Notes under the pieces: model-generated
Databases searched by the model: none
Told to the model about the DNA's origin: nothing
Seen by the model: the letters and a program-made list of their open reading frames with translations, nothing else
Shown here: piece after piece, positions 12,455 to 24,929 of the stretch
How the letters are laid out: the number at the start of each line of letters is the position of its first letter
Position numbering within the stretch: position 1 is the stretch's first letter
Translations under genes and position numbers: made by a program
NCBI GenBank assembly: GCA_002245135.1
Contig: NGBS01000595.1
Location: 1-64,000 of the forward strand
Length of the DNA stretch: 64,000 bases
Origin: Proteromonas lacertae
Lineage: Eukaryota
Reading direction: 5' to 3'

Positions 12455-12607
12455 ATTTTAGTTTAAAATCAGTTAGTGCAAAATATTAATGAAAGGATAA
12501 TAATTAAAATAAATCATATTTTAGCTGATTTTACAGTAAGAAAATAAACTATAGGATTTTATGAAAGGTGGATATATTCTTACAAATATATGGTGATTAT
12601 ATAGTGA

Positions 12608-13348
12608 ATGAAAATATTAATCAATTATATATTTCATTTATTATTACTTACTAACATATGTTTCTTTGTTTTATTTGTAAATGATAATCAAATGTGCATG
12701 TGGTATAATATAAATACAACCACTAATTTTGATACTAATAAAACACATATAATAAATAAATACATTAAAGTATTAAACATGTTACAAGTAAAATACTTTC
12801 TAGGATTTGGCTCTGAATTGGGTAGTTTTAGAAACAAAGGGATAATAAAAAATGATCATGATGTGGATATTCTTATACCAATATGGATGAATTATCACAT
12901 ATTTAAATGTAATTATTATTTGCGCTACTATCCTCAGAAATGTAATATATTTACTAATCCTAATTATAAAATATGTAATAAAACAAGAATAGAATATTTA
13001 TTTATGTTCAAGGAGTACATAGAAAATATAAGTAAATCAAAAAGCGATTATTCATGTAAGTATTGGGGAAAATATGGTTATACTAGTTGTTGGATGTTTA
13101 AATCAGAATATTTATTTTTAGATATTTGGGTGCTAATAGGGAATGAATATGTTTACAATGATATTGATATTTGTAGATGTTCATTTTCTGATAATATTGT
13201 CTATTGTAATAAAAATGCATTGAAATCAATTATTAGATTATATGGCAAAAATTATATGATTCCAAACAAAAAAGGGAGTGGAGATGTATTATGCAAAATA
13301 ATAATCAACCCAAATAGAAATAATTCAATTTTACTTAAAACTAGCTAA
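12608..13348 (+). CDS. LicD/fukutin-family phosphotransferase
   Basis: YFLGFGSELGSFRNKGII..DHDVDI, LDIW, LYGKNYMIP. Confidence 0.85.
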   Translation: MKILINYIFHLLLLTNICFFVLFVNDNQMCMWYNINTTTNFDTNKTHIINKYIKVLNMLQVKYFLGFGSELGSFRNKGIIKNDHDVDILIPIWMNYHIFKCNYYLRYYPQKCNIFTNPNYKICNKTRIEYLFMFKEYIENISKSKSDYSCKYWGKYGYTSCWMFKSEYLFLDIWVLIGNEYVYNDIDICRCSFSDNIVYCNKNALKSIIRLYGKNYMIPNKKGSGDVLCKIIINPNRNNSILLKTS

Positions 13349-13649
13349 ATTATCTAAATTAGTATTACTAAAAGTCATATGGCTCCAGAAGGACGTCCTT
13401 ATAGGTAACTCAATATGTAAAAGAACTAAATTTATCATATATTTTTGTTTAAAAGAGAAAAAATGAAAATAAAAAGGACAGAAGTAGTTATTTTCTTATT
13501 TTGAGTATTATATTCATTAAATAATAATTATTATATTGAATTCAATAGACAAAAACTAATAAAAGTATGGTATTAAAAATTATAAATTAATATAATTAAT
13601 AATAAGGACTATTTAATATGTTGTATTTCTCATTTTCACTATCGCTTAT

Positions 13650-14000
13650 GTCTATATCCAAATCAACACTTTCTGAGTTATCATCTTCTCTAATATCATC
13701 ATTAGTGCATCTCCATTATCATTATCTGAGTTAAATGGAAATTCGTATTAAAATATAAAAACTCCTTATAGATTAATACATTATAATTTTTAAACTTGTT
13801 CTCAGTAATCATAATTCTATTCATCGCTTTTTTCTCCTTCATTGACATATTGATAATATCCATTCTTACTTTTTGTATGATATTAAAACTTTCTGAAAGA
13901 GATGTATTATCTCTACTTAGAATTTGAATTTTTGAAGATAGGTAGTTGGTAATATTCTGTATTTCGACTATCATTTCCATTTTATCAAGGTGTAGTATTT
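13650..14000 (-). mobile_element. Degenerate hAT/DUF659-like transposase C-terminal remnant
   Basis: NYLSSKIQILSRDNTSLSESFNIIQKV resembles hAT-type helical segments; acidic tail; hAT-like end near 15593. Confidence 0.35.
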
Positions 14001-14684
14001 TATGGCGTATTTCTCTATTTCTTCTCTTCCCTCAAATAACTGTGGATCTGTTTGAACCCATATTGGAGCTAATTCATTCTCAATAGCGATTTGTAAATCT
14101 TCTTTATTTAAATGCTGGATTTTTGAATTTACATCTAACGATTCTAATTTCAAATCTTTTATATCACGTAGTCTAAATGCAGAATCTGGAGCTATCCATA
14201 AAGGATTTTCACCTAAATCTTCAGCTTCTTCTGGTTGACCTTGACTTTCTTTAATTATTATCTGTTAGAGATATCTATTTGCTATTCCAGCCTTCATATT
14301 TTTCAATTTATCTAAATCACTTTCTTCTTCTCCTTTCTATGAACTCCATACTTCAATAGCTGCTCTTGGATGATGAAGTGAATATAATCTTGATCATAAT
14401 ATGTGACGGAAACAATTCCATCACTGGATTTCTTAAAAGCAGTAAATTTGATTTGTAGTTTATTTTCAATAATCAGGAATAAAACTAAATTCTTCCATAC
14501 TTGTCTGATATAATAATCTAACATGTAAATCATGACTAAATTTAACATTCTTTGTTTCGATTGTTAACAGAAATTTACCATAAAGTGGACCATCTCTTGG
14601 AGCAACATTCCACACTAATGGAATCTCCTTATACAAATTATATTCTTTTAAAGAATAGAGAGGATCAATTTGATAGTTTTTCAG

Positions 14685-14952
14685 TCTTCTTCTACTCTAC
14701 AGCAAAATACAACAATACAACCTTCTTTAATAAACTCTTTTACTAAATAATTATAAAAAGAATGATACAAACACCAGCTCCAATTCCTTTTGAGACACTT
14801 TTTACAATAGCACATAAACCTGCCATTCTAAGGGGGTTTAATGCAGTAGGTGTTACTAAATCACTCCTTTCTGGTTTTGAGACAACAGGAGCTTCTGGTA
14901 TTTTTTCTGTGTTTGAAGTTTTTTCATGTGGTGTTCTTTGCATGATAGCCAA
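14685..14952 (-). pseudogene. 5' fragment of short-chain dehydrogenase/reductase (shorter inverted second copy 17415-17641)
   Basis: After a 26-nt intron it reads MAGLCAIVKSVSKGIGAGVLKEFIKEGCIVVFCCR (degenerate TGxxxGIG), then TGA. Confidence 0.6.
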
Positions 14953-15169
14953 TTGTATTTCAAAAGAAATAGATTGAGAAAGTTACAAGCTTAGAATCAA
15001 GCCTACATTATTATAAAAATCAATTATTTTTTATGAAAATATCATAACAGATGTATATTATTTGGATAAACAGTGTGCTATTTAATATGATAATAATAAC
15101 TCAATAAATTTCTCTAATTGTTATATGATTTCTTGTAAATCTAAGTATTACCTACTTATTGCATTTACC

Positions 15170-15514
15170 TGCTTAAAATTTATTTTGAAAAGCAGGCTTG
15201 AATGAGGCTTGAATAGATTTTTTATTTTTTCGTTTTTAAGTGTCTTAACATCTAAATATGTGTGATTTAATTGCTTAAACTAATGTATTTTTAACTCTAG
15301 TAGTGATTGAAACAAAATAATTAAAAATAAAATTATAATTGTTTTCAATATGTTGGGATAAAGTTCAAAAAAATATATATCGCAGATGTAGCTTATATGA
15401 CAAAGTAAGATTATATTTGCATATAACTCGCCATCAAACCACACACTATCATTTACGAATTGAAAAAAGTCTTCTTAACGCTCAACGGCGCATTTAGATC
15501 AACGGCGCACAACA
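15170..15514. mobile_element. Half foldback MITE (centre plus right arm); related pieces at 44023-44261 and 50380-50440
   Basis: Central GGCTTGAATGAGGCTTG; end CTCAACGGCGCATTTAGATCAACGGCGCACAACA. Confidence 0.8.
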
Positions 15515-16131
15515 GCATCCTTTTCAAATTTTGCCCTATTTTTGCCCCTTTTTTTCAGCTGAAAAGAAGCCTGCCCCTTACTGCTCGGGCATAGTAATAT
15601 TACCATGTGTTATGCTGTAGTATATTTTTTCTGATTTTTGTTATAACTTTTCCATATTATCATCTAGATATACTAACATATGTTAAAAAGGATATATTAT
15701 TGTGTATTATAACATAATAGTCATCTACTTTTCTTATGATTATATAATATCATATTTTTATACATATATACTAATTTTATAGATTATACATACTGTATAT
15801 CATATTCTGATATGCATATATATACATTATGTACATTTCAAGGTGATTTACGTGATTGAACATAAATGTAATTTATATAATAAATAATTTTGTATATTAC
15901 ACATATATCATATAGATAATTAAGAAGTATAGAATGGGTATTTTCAGTTAATTTATAATCAATAGTACTTGTAATGATAATAACATAATATATTTCATAA
16001 ACTAATAGAAAAACTATTTCGAATTATTATTTGGTATATTTTGTATACTACTTAATGTATATCAAGCAATTATTTGAATACTTAGAAAATGGATTGAGAA
16101 TTTCGAGCTATCATTTTGCATTTCAATTTTA

Positions 16132-16700
16132 TATGGGTAAAACGAGAGATGCTGTGTATAGATACTTTAATGAAGATGTTGTGTTAAAGAAACCCCTTGA
16201 AAAATACAACAGAATTCAATGCAGAATGTGCAAGGCAATGATTATTGCTCATTGCACTAATTTGAAACGTCATTACAAAAAGTATAAATATATTTATTAT
16301 ATATATTAAATTAGATGTAATGAAAAGCTAATCCAATCAAAACTTACAGAATTGAGATATGATTTCGTATCACAATATTATCGGAAGAAGATATACCAGA
16401 AATTAAAGAATGCTACAAGATTGCAAAATATATTTCCACAAATATACACTTATTATGCAAAGATTCATCTACATTAAATGATGGTTTCAGAATATTGACC
16501 AAAATCAAAAGAAAGTTAATGAAAAGGTCATCAAGTGAAAAAGAACTTATTAAAGACATTATAAAAAAAGAGACTAGACATGCAAACTACAGCATTTTAG
16601 CTCTATATGACTTTTTAGACATAAACAGTAAACATAAATTTTCAGACATGGAGAAGGATAATATATAAAGATATATATTATCTAAATTCAATTTCTGTGT
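16132..16700 (+). mobile_element. BED-finger transposase remnant (hAT-like)
   Basis: MGKTRDAVYRYF...QCRMCK...TNLKRHYKK followed by a short intron and a degraded frame. Confidence 0.55.
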
Positions 16701-16844
16701 TATTATTCACTTTTGAAACTTGTATAATATAATAACACATGTTATTTCAAATGTAACACAATGGAATATTATAAATGTGCATTAGAAATATCATTAACAA
16801 ATGTAACTTTATACTACATTATGTTATTCCAACATAGTATGAAT

Positions 16845-17290
16845 TAGATAGTTCCAATATGAAAAAGCTATAGAAATTTCTGGTGGAGATGCTCAAAAAA
16901 GTAATTGTTACTATAGTATTGGATTATGTTATTTGAATCTTGTATATATGATTTATTCATATATATTTAATATTGATAAATATAACTGTGTTAAAAGTAT
17001 AGCTGATAGATATTATGAAATTGTATTAAGTTTATTACTATTTAATGAATAGGATGACTTTAAAAAAGCATTAGAATATTTAAAATTTGCTTTAGAAAAC
17101 GCATCAACAAAAACAGAAAAATATCAATGTAATTACAATATTAGCACATGTTATTATTACAATGTATAAACATATGTAATTTGTTATTAAAATAGGATGA
17201 GATTGAAGAAGCAAAGAAATACTTAGATTTACAAGAAATTATATAACAATTAGAGAAATTTATTGAGTTATTATTATCATATTAAATAGC
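16845..17290 (+). pseudogene. TPR-repeat gene fragment with introns
   Basis: YEKAIEISGGDAQKSNCYYSIGLCY; DFKKALEYLKFALENA...YNISTCY. Confidence 0.55.
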
Positions 17291-17691
17291 ACACTGTTTA
17301 TCCAAATAATATACATCTGTTATGATATTTTCATAAAAAATAATTGATTTTTATAATAATGTAGGCTTGATTCTAAGCTTGTAACTTTCTCAATCTATTT
17401 CTTTTGAAATACAATTGGCTATCATGCAAAGAACACCACATGAAAAAACTTCAAACACAGAAAAAATACCAGAAGCTCCTGTTGTCTCAAAACCAGAAAG
17501 GAGTGATTTAGTAACACCTACTGCATTAAACCCCCTTAGAATGGCAGGTTTATGTGCTATTGTAAAAAGTGTCTCAAAAGGAATTGGAGCTGGTGTTTGT
17601 ATCATTCTTTTTATAATTATTTAGTAAAAGAGTTCATTAAAACCATTTTGTTAAACCTTTCTTTTAAAACCAATAATAATTCTTTAATGCA

Positions 17692-18549
17692 ATGATATTA
17701 GTAAAATACATATTCTTTCTTTTTATAATTTCATTTACATATAATAGAATTTATAATAAAAACATTTGTCCTATTGCTTATGAAGTACTAGCTACAGGTT
17801 CATCTTCTAATCATTTTAATCTACTTTTACTAATGTTATATAGAATTTATGAAATTGAAAGCAATAAATGTTTGGTGATTTGGAATTTAGGACTTACATT
17901 TCAACAAAAAAATTGGTTATTAAATGCAGAAAAATATTTAAAAAAAATGAAAGGCGATATTCGTGTATATAATTTTGATTTTAATTACAGCAATTATCCT
18001 CCTCATTTTAATATAAATATAAAAGCTGGGTATTATGCATGGAAGCCTTATGCAGTGTATAATACTTATAAAATGTTTAAAAGAAATATTCCATGGTTGG
18101 ATGCTGGATGCTTCATTAAAAGTAAATTAAATTATGAATATAATGAAATAAAGAATAAAAAAGTATGGTCAATTAGTCAAGCTTCAACTATAAAAAGATG
18201 GACTTACATTAATCTATTTCATATGCTAGATTCTGATGAAACTATATACAATAAGACTATGTGTGCTGGAGGTGTTATTGGGTTATATTATCCTTCATTA
18301 TTAGTTAAACATATAATGGATTTATGGACTGCTTGCGCCTTACTAAAGAAATGCATATCACCTGATGGATCAAGTATTAAGAACCACAGATATGATCAAA
18401 GTATTATATCTATATTATTTTATCAGCATAATTTGAGTTGCGAAAAAATAGATCCTATAAATTTTGTTACTCATTTTGATTCGAAATACAAATCATATCA
18501 TAATCATAAATATGAAAAATATTTAAAGAAAATTAAAGTTGATAAATGA
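17692..18549 (+). CDS. DUF1647-like putative glycosyltransferase
   Basis: LATGSSSNHF, WNLGL, YAWKP, WLDAG, NHRYDQS. Confidence 0.7.
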   Translation: MILVKYIFFLFIISFTYNRIYNKNICPIAYEVLATGSSSNHFNLLLLMLYRIYEIESNKCLVIWNLGLTFQQKNWLLNAEKYLKKMKGDIRVYNFDFNYSNYPPHFNINIKAGYYAWKPYAVYNTYKMFKRNIPWLDAGCFIKSKLNYEYNEIKNKKVWSISQASTIKRWTYINLFHMLDSDETIYNKTMCAGGVIGLYYPSLLVKHIMDLWTACALLKKCISPDGSSIKNHRYDQSIISILFYQHNLSCEKIDPINFVTHFDSKYKSYHNHKYEKYLKKIKVDK

Positions 18550-18699
18550 ATTAATGTTTCATATATACAATAATAATTATCATTAAATGATGAAATTTCC
18601 AATACTATAATTCTGTTATATTCCTTACAATTTTCCACTCTAGTTTTTATGACTATTGGGGGATTGATATACATTAATTCCAATATATATTGTATATAT

Positions 18700-18893
18700 A
18701 TGGACTTAAGCCACATGTCACAAAGTCCTTACGAGTTTTCTAGGGGTTCATCCCTTTCTAGATTCACAATTGACTTTTACAGAGCTTTCATCGATTGCAT
18801 CTATAAATCTCGTAAAGTCAACTGTGACTCTAGAAAGGGACGGACTCCTAGAAAACTCGTTAGGACTCTGTGACATGTGGCCAAAGTCCCATC
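18700..18893. repeat. ~190-bp near-perfect hairpin (MITE-like); deleted derivative at 22414-22450
   Basis: Arms GGACTT..GCCACATGTCAC..TTGACTTT / AAAGTCAA..GTGACATGTGGC..AAGTCC. Confidence 0.85.
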
Positions 18894-19059
18894 TTACTCA
18901 GTCCCAAGAGATTCTATTATCATCATCCTCCTTCCATATCATCGATAGCAATCCAGACTCTATGAACATCTCCGGTATTGATCAATTTCCTTACCTTTGT
19001 AACTTCTTGCTTTACTTACTCACGCACTTACCATGGTAAGAGATCAACAGTCCATTTCA

Positions 19060-19510
19060 TTAACAATTTCAATATCAATACAATGGAGTCATCGATAAGG
19101 AGGACGTGGATAGATACGTGAAGGTTACCTGGAGATGTCTTCTTAGATTTACTAAGCTTTACAACTCACATAACGATCTTGAGAATTGCCTCAGACAAGG
19201 GGAACTTAGCTACAGTCCTTGACTGACCTTATCATGAAAGATCGCGATGACTTACTAGCTGCTTGATATAGAAGTCCCAATGGTTGTTTGCTTGGAGCCG
19301 ACATCGTTGACATTTATGGGAACTACTCCATCATCCGTACTAAGCTCTCTAAACTCCGTGAATACCGACTCCTGCAGCTCTATAATGATTTAGCCATTCC
19401 ACTTTCTGAATCCTTTAACTACCTGGAGATGATCATTGATGATGCTGATGGCTTCCAGAGATCCCTGGACAATGCAGAATCCCTAATCGACTCCTTTTCT
19501 TATTATTGAT
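19060..19510 (+). mobile_element. Degenerate non-LTR (LINE-like) reverse transcriptase remnant
   Basis: Ordered eroded motifs FLD..K.YNS, CLRQG..SP, LLGADIV, FNYLEM across frameshifts; GC higher than flanks. Confidence 0.5.
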
Positions 19511-20516
19511 AATAACATTTGCATAGTTATTTTGTCTTGTTTTGGGTTACAACTTCAAGGTCATCTTCTTGAAGTTAACTTCTTGGAGTTGACTTCTCGG
19601 GAGCTTCCATCTTATTCAGCTCTTTAAGTTAAAGGCCTTTGAACTCCTTGGTTTATTGCTATTAATCATCCTCATATCACATCATTGTAAAGACCGAAGT
19701 TGTAAGGCTTAACTAACAACTACGGGCGTTCCATTGCTTACCAAGGTAATGATCGTGACTATTGTGAAGAGGCCAATGAAGGTAACTACAATACTTCCGA
19801 GGAAGCAGCACTATCTACAACAACACTTACTACAAGTCCAACTCCACTTAGCAAAGTTGAAACAGAGAAGGAAGATACCAATGATTCCAATTGCCATCAC
19901 GTTAGTCAGGAACATAAACATTAGCAGGTCTTTCTCGTATAAGTAATTGATGGCATCTACGATCAGTCGGAGGATGATATTCATGTTGGGACTTGATATT
20001 GCTAGGTCAAGAGAATTTACTAACTAGCTGATGATGGATTGAATGTAGCTCCTTGACTTTACCTATCCTTCAGTACCTTGCCTATTGCTTATCTGGTTTT
20101 CACCTTCCTTGAGTTGATTGTAGTGATCTCCATCGACTTGTTCATCATTGTCTTGATCATGATCCCAGCTCCTAGTTCTTATTGACTCCGATCATCTTAA
20201 ATAGCTTTTGGAATCCACGCTTTACTCGATTGATGAACGTTTCCTAATGCACTTCCTCGGAGCTGATTACCTCGGTATTGTCTGGCTTTACTATCACCGA
20301 TAAGTTCGTGTGTATGGGATAGTCCTTGAGTATAACTTCATCAAAAGCACCTTCCTGGGAGGCTTGATTAGCAAATTGATCCTCTTGGAATGATCTGTTG
20401 ATCCCAGAGTTGATGAAGCAAGACAAAAAGATTGGCTTTTGTTATTTAAAAGAAAAATACACAAAATAAAAAGAAATTCAAAAAAATATTTTCAGCCTTT
20501 TTGCTAAACCAGAATA

Positions 20517-21913
20517 ATGACTAATATTTATTCATATAAAACAGAAAGTATTCTTTTTATTATTTTTTTTATATTTGCATTTAATTCTATTAATAATAAC
20601 CATAAAAAAGTACTAAATTTATGTAAAAGTATTGTTGGAAAAGTGAAATATAAAACTTCAAGACAGTCATGCAAATTAAACTGCAAAATAGAAACAAATT
20701 ATTCATTTCCTAAATATACAAACGATTCTTGTTTTATAAAACATTTATATAAAATAAAACATGAAAAATATTATTCTCTATATAACCTCAATATATCCCA
20801 TTATTCATATGAAAATAAGTTAATATATTCTTAATTTATAAACGTATCTATAAAAAATATAGTATTAGAAAAATAGTTACTTTTACACTAATTATATGGC
20901 AATTCTCTTTTACTATTCAATAAAAGATTTTGTTATAAACTTTACTGTTATTAACAATGCCCTTAATAGAGTAATAGATGATGATCATTTAAATGTAAAT
21001 ATATATTTATATGATGCTTTATCAAGATATCGGTTTTCAAGACAAATGGTATATACTAAAAATTATTTAATTGATCTTTCTAAAAAATATGAACTATATG
21101 AGATGATGAAATATCATACTATTGGAATTAATTCACCTTTAAATTATAGAGCATTAATCAATGGAAAAAATTCAGTATCATTATTTAAGTGGTATAAGCT
21201 TAATAACTATACAATTGCTTCGTTACCAGGTTATTATGATTTAAATTTAAACTTGTGTGGTAGTAGCAATAAAAAATATGTAGATTATAATGTTCAATTA
21301 TTCAAAAGCTGGAGTGATAGATATTTATTTGGAAGTTCAAAAAGGTGTTTAGGTAATAAGCATATACATGAGCATCAATTACAATTTTTAGAATTACTAT
21401 ATTCTTCATCTTATAACAACAAAAATCCAATTTTTTCATTTACCACATTTATGGAATCACATGATTCATCATTTTTATCATTATTAAGAATGGATAAAGA
21501 TTTTGCTAATCATTTATCTAAATTAGAAAAGAATTATATATTAAATAAAACTGTAACAATAATAATGAGTGATCATGGAATTCATTATGGAAAATATTAT
21601 GATACTTTAGTATTGCGTTTATATTATTTTCTATTAGTTTGGAAAACATGATAGAGCACTTCCGCTGTTTATAATAGTATAATACTACCATTTAATTGTA
21701 GATTTTCCCAAAATGGTATATCAATAAGAAAAAAACTTCGACAATAATTTAAGAACAAATCAAAATATATTCGTAACCGCATATGAAATACATAATATGT
21801 TAGTAGATATTATTAAAAGTAAGATTATTATCAAAGATAGCCTGCTAAACAAGTTAGACTACAGAAGAAATTGTAGTATGTATAAAATTATAGGAGGATG
21901 TTATTGCTTGTAG
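20517..21913 (+). CDS. DUF229 / alkaline-phosphatase-superfamily membrane protein, spliced
   Basis: NVNIYLYDALSR, YHTIGINS, ESHD, TIIMSDHGIHYG; short introns near 20820, 21610 and 21680. Confidence 0.7.
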
Positions 21914-22452
21914 AATTATTAAGTAATTTTTATGAAAAATAAACTAACTGAATTAACTACTCATTGATTTTCTAAGCCCGATTCATCGATATCTGTTGGT
22001 CTTCTAAGACCAGTGTTGTCGTTTTCAGCTAAAGAGTGTGAATACTTACGAGGCATTATAATACCTGATTGTCATTGTTGGGAGGTAGATATGATCAAGA
22101 TCCTCCGATGGAATAATGATGTTGCATAGGCTGACTCCTTCCATGCTCTTGAACTTTTTATTGGACATATTCTTTATCTAGATGACTTACAAAGACATTG
22201 AAATAAACCTTTAGAAGCCTCCGGAGAATGCTTATGATGACTTTCAAGGACCATTGAGAAATCCAGAACTAGCTAGAACCTCTCGAAGTCCCAGTTTATT
22301 CAGTTCCATTGAAAGCCTTTATAAGGTCACCAGCGTGATTAGATTCATCATACTGAGATAACCAACACTTGCAGATATCTTCATAGGAATCTTCATAGGA
22401 AATACCTTATGTATATGGGACTAAGACAGTGGGCCAAAGTCCCATATATATA

Positions 22453-22840
22453 CTATATATATTCACATTGCCTGTAGCTATTCCAGTACTTAATGATGTT
22501 CTCATCATTATATAAATATAGCTCTGCTTTTATTAGTTTAGCATTTTCTTGTTTAGAAGAAGCAAAGAAGAATATTAATTTTGTATTGTAAGTATGCTTA
22601 TTTCTGAGAAATTCTTTAATAATTGATTCACTGTTATCTGAACAGTCGCTATATGTTATTACTCCTTTGTTTATAAAAGGCACCAGTGTTATCAAAGAGT
22701 TAGACAAACTAAATTCTTCATTTTTTACTCTCATAAAACTATACACATTGTTAGAACAAGTAATTACAAAAGATTTAAGGAAGTATACTATAATTACAAA
22801 TAATAAATATATAAATAATGCTAAGTTATATAAATCAAAT
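22453..22840 (-). pseudogene. Truncated CgtA-like beta-1,4-GalNAc transferase
   Basis: FMRVKNEEFSLSNSL..LVPFINKGVITYSDCSDNSESIIKEF resembles the Campylobacter CgtA N-terminus; cut at hairpin/TA tract 22450. Confidence 0.6.
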
Positions 22841-22882
22841 ATATACTAATAACATTTCTATATATTTTAACACCTTTGATTG

Positions 22883-24166
22883 TATGAAACTCATAATTAT
22901 ATTCTGTTATTTGATTATAGTAATGTTATTATTCGTATTATTAAAAATGTATTTATCACCTCATATTTTAATTATTATACCATCAGATTTATATTATTTA
23001 GATTTGATTAGAAATTTTTATTTAACAAATATTATAAAATACAGATTATCTGATAAATTTAAAGTAGTGGCATATACATATAAAATGTATGTTATGTGTA
23101 AAGAATATAAAATCCCAGTAGATAAAATGGATAATCAAATTAATGAAAATAACGATAGTAGTTTAAATATAATAACTTCCCCAAATTTTATAAAAAAAAC
23201 AAGATTAAAAAATCCAATAATATTAAAATATTTAAAGCTATATAGAAATATTCTCTTTATGGATGCAGATTTATATTTCTTTCACAATCCTTTGAGCTTA
23301 GTTAATTATTTCCATTCTGATTCAGATTTGATGATGCCTTGTGACAATTTAAAATGCAATATTTTAAACTACGGATTTGTTCTATTAAAAAGATCAAAAA
23401 GAACTATCAAATATATAAAATAACTAATTGCTATAGAAAAGAATTGTAAATCTTATTCATGGAATAATGGAGAACAGGGTATTGCTAATAGATATATTAA
23501 AACAATTACATATTTAAAGGTTCAGAATTATAGCATTTATAAATTTATGGATGGTTATAATTTCTTTCATCTATACTCATTTAGATATTCTGAAAATCCA
23601 TATAATTTAATAGGATTTCATAATGATTTTACTGTTGGTGTAGAATCAAAAATATATAGACTTAAAGAATTACAATTCTACAAGCTAGAGAGTAGAAATA
23701 TAAATTTAGATGTGGATAAATTCATCTATTACAATGGTCATACAGGTTTAAATATTAAAAACACTACTACAACTCTAAATTATCTGATTTATTTATGTAT
23801 TTTATCAAATAGAACTCTTATTCTTCCGCAATTTAATTGCAACAATAAAAATAGAAATTGTACATTTGTTGAACTATTTAATTTAGAATGTTTCAATAAA
23901 TGCAATATAAAATATGTTGAAAATATATCCTTATTCTATGTAATTTACATTATATATTCTTAATTGTTTAGTCATACATTAATAAAATTGAATCAATAGG
24001 AAAAGAAAATCACTTATTGGTAAAACATTTGAACATCAGTCATATTTCAGATTTTGAAGAAAAACTAATAATTTTAGAAAATCTATATATTAAAAATTTT
24101 AATAAGAAATATTCATGCGTTATTCCAGATAACTATTTTCAGAAGAATTATAAATTGTGTAGATAG
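22883..24166 (+). pseudogene. GT77 nucleotide-diphospho-sugar transferase with in-frame TAA at 23421-23423
   Basis: ILFMDADLYFFHNP, LNYGF, GEQG, GFHNDF...KIYRLKE, NRTLILP; downstream ORF 23547 is in the same frame. Confidence 0.75.
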
Positions 24167-24929
24167 AATTATTTATTTGAACATATATCAAATTCATTAT
24201 GCTTACTAAATATTTATTCTTTTGTATCTTTTGATTTGTAATAGTTAATTAAGTAGATATTATCTGTATACTTATTCATTCTATATAACTATTAATCAAA
24301 TTTTGATAGAGTTATACAAAATTATAAAGTGTATGTATAATCGTGAATTGTAATATTATTGAATGACACTTTCTTTAATGATGATGATAGTATAATAGTA
24401 GAGCAATTATTGACATATAAGAGCTTTAATTTATTAATTAATTAATAGAATATTATACTATTTCCTTTTGAATTGTTGCTATTCTTGGTAATATTTAAGG
24501 TGTTTGGCGCCTACCCCCTAGGCAGGCACCCACCGCCAGCGCCGACCAGGCGAGCGCCTCCTGTACTTAGAGAAAATAAAAACATAATAAGTATATAATA
24601 TTTAATCAGTTATGTTATTTAATATATCAAACATTTCTTTTCTATTTCATAAATAAATACATCATAATATATATTTTTGAAAATATAAAATTCCATATCT
24701 GTTTCTATTTAACAAAATAAATTAAGTCAAGCTCGAGCCTAAATTCCAAATCGTTCGAAGTATTTTAAACGCTAATTAGTTAAAATACTTTTGAGTTAAT
24801 ATTTTAAATGGCTACTATATTATATGTATTAATTTTGGCCAAAATTGTATAAAATTGTATAAAACCATCTTTTAGGCTAATTACTCTTCTGGGATGTTTG
24901 TTATCTTTCTAATTCGTTTAATGTCATTG

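Larger units (their letters stand above)
14726..17641. repeat. ~420-bp inverted duplication, 14726-15149 vs 17218-17641
   Basis: Identical mirrored ORFs in the track; near-identical reverse complements. Confidence 0.92.

Noticed and set aside
674..13348. Bacterial contaminant capsule operon
   Set aside because: Type II membrane anchors, mixed strands, a spliceosomal intron, eukaryote-type GT15/GT31 and continuity with NOP2/HRD1
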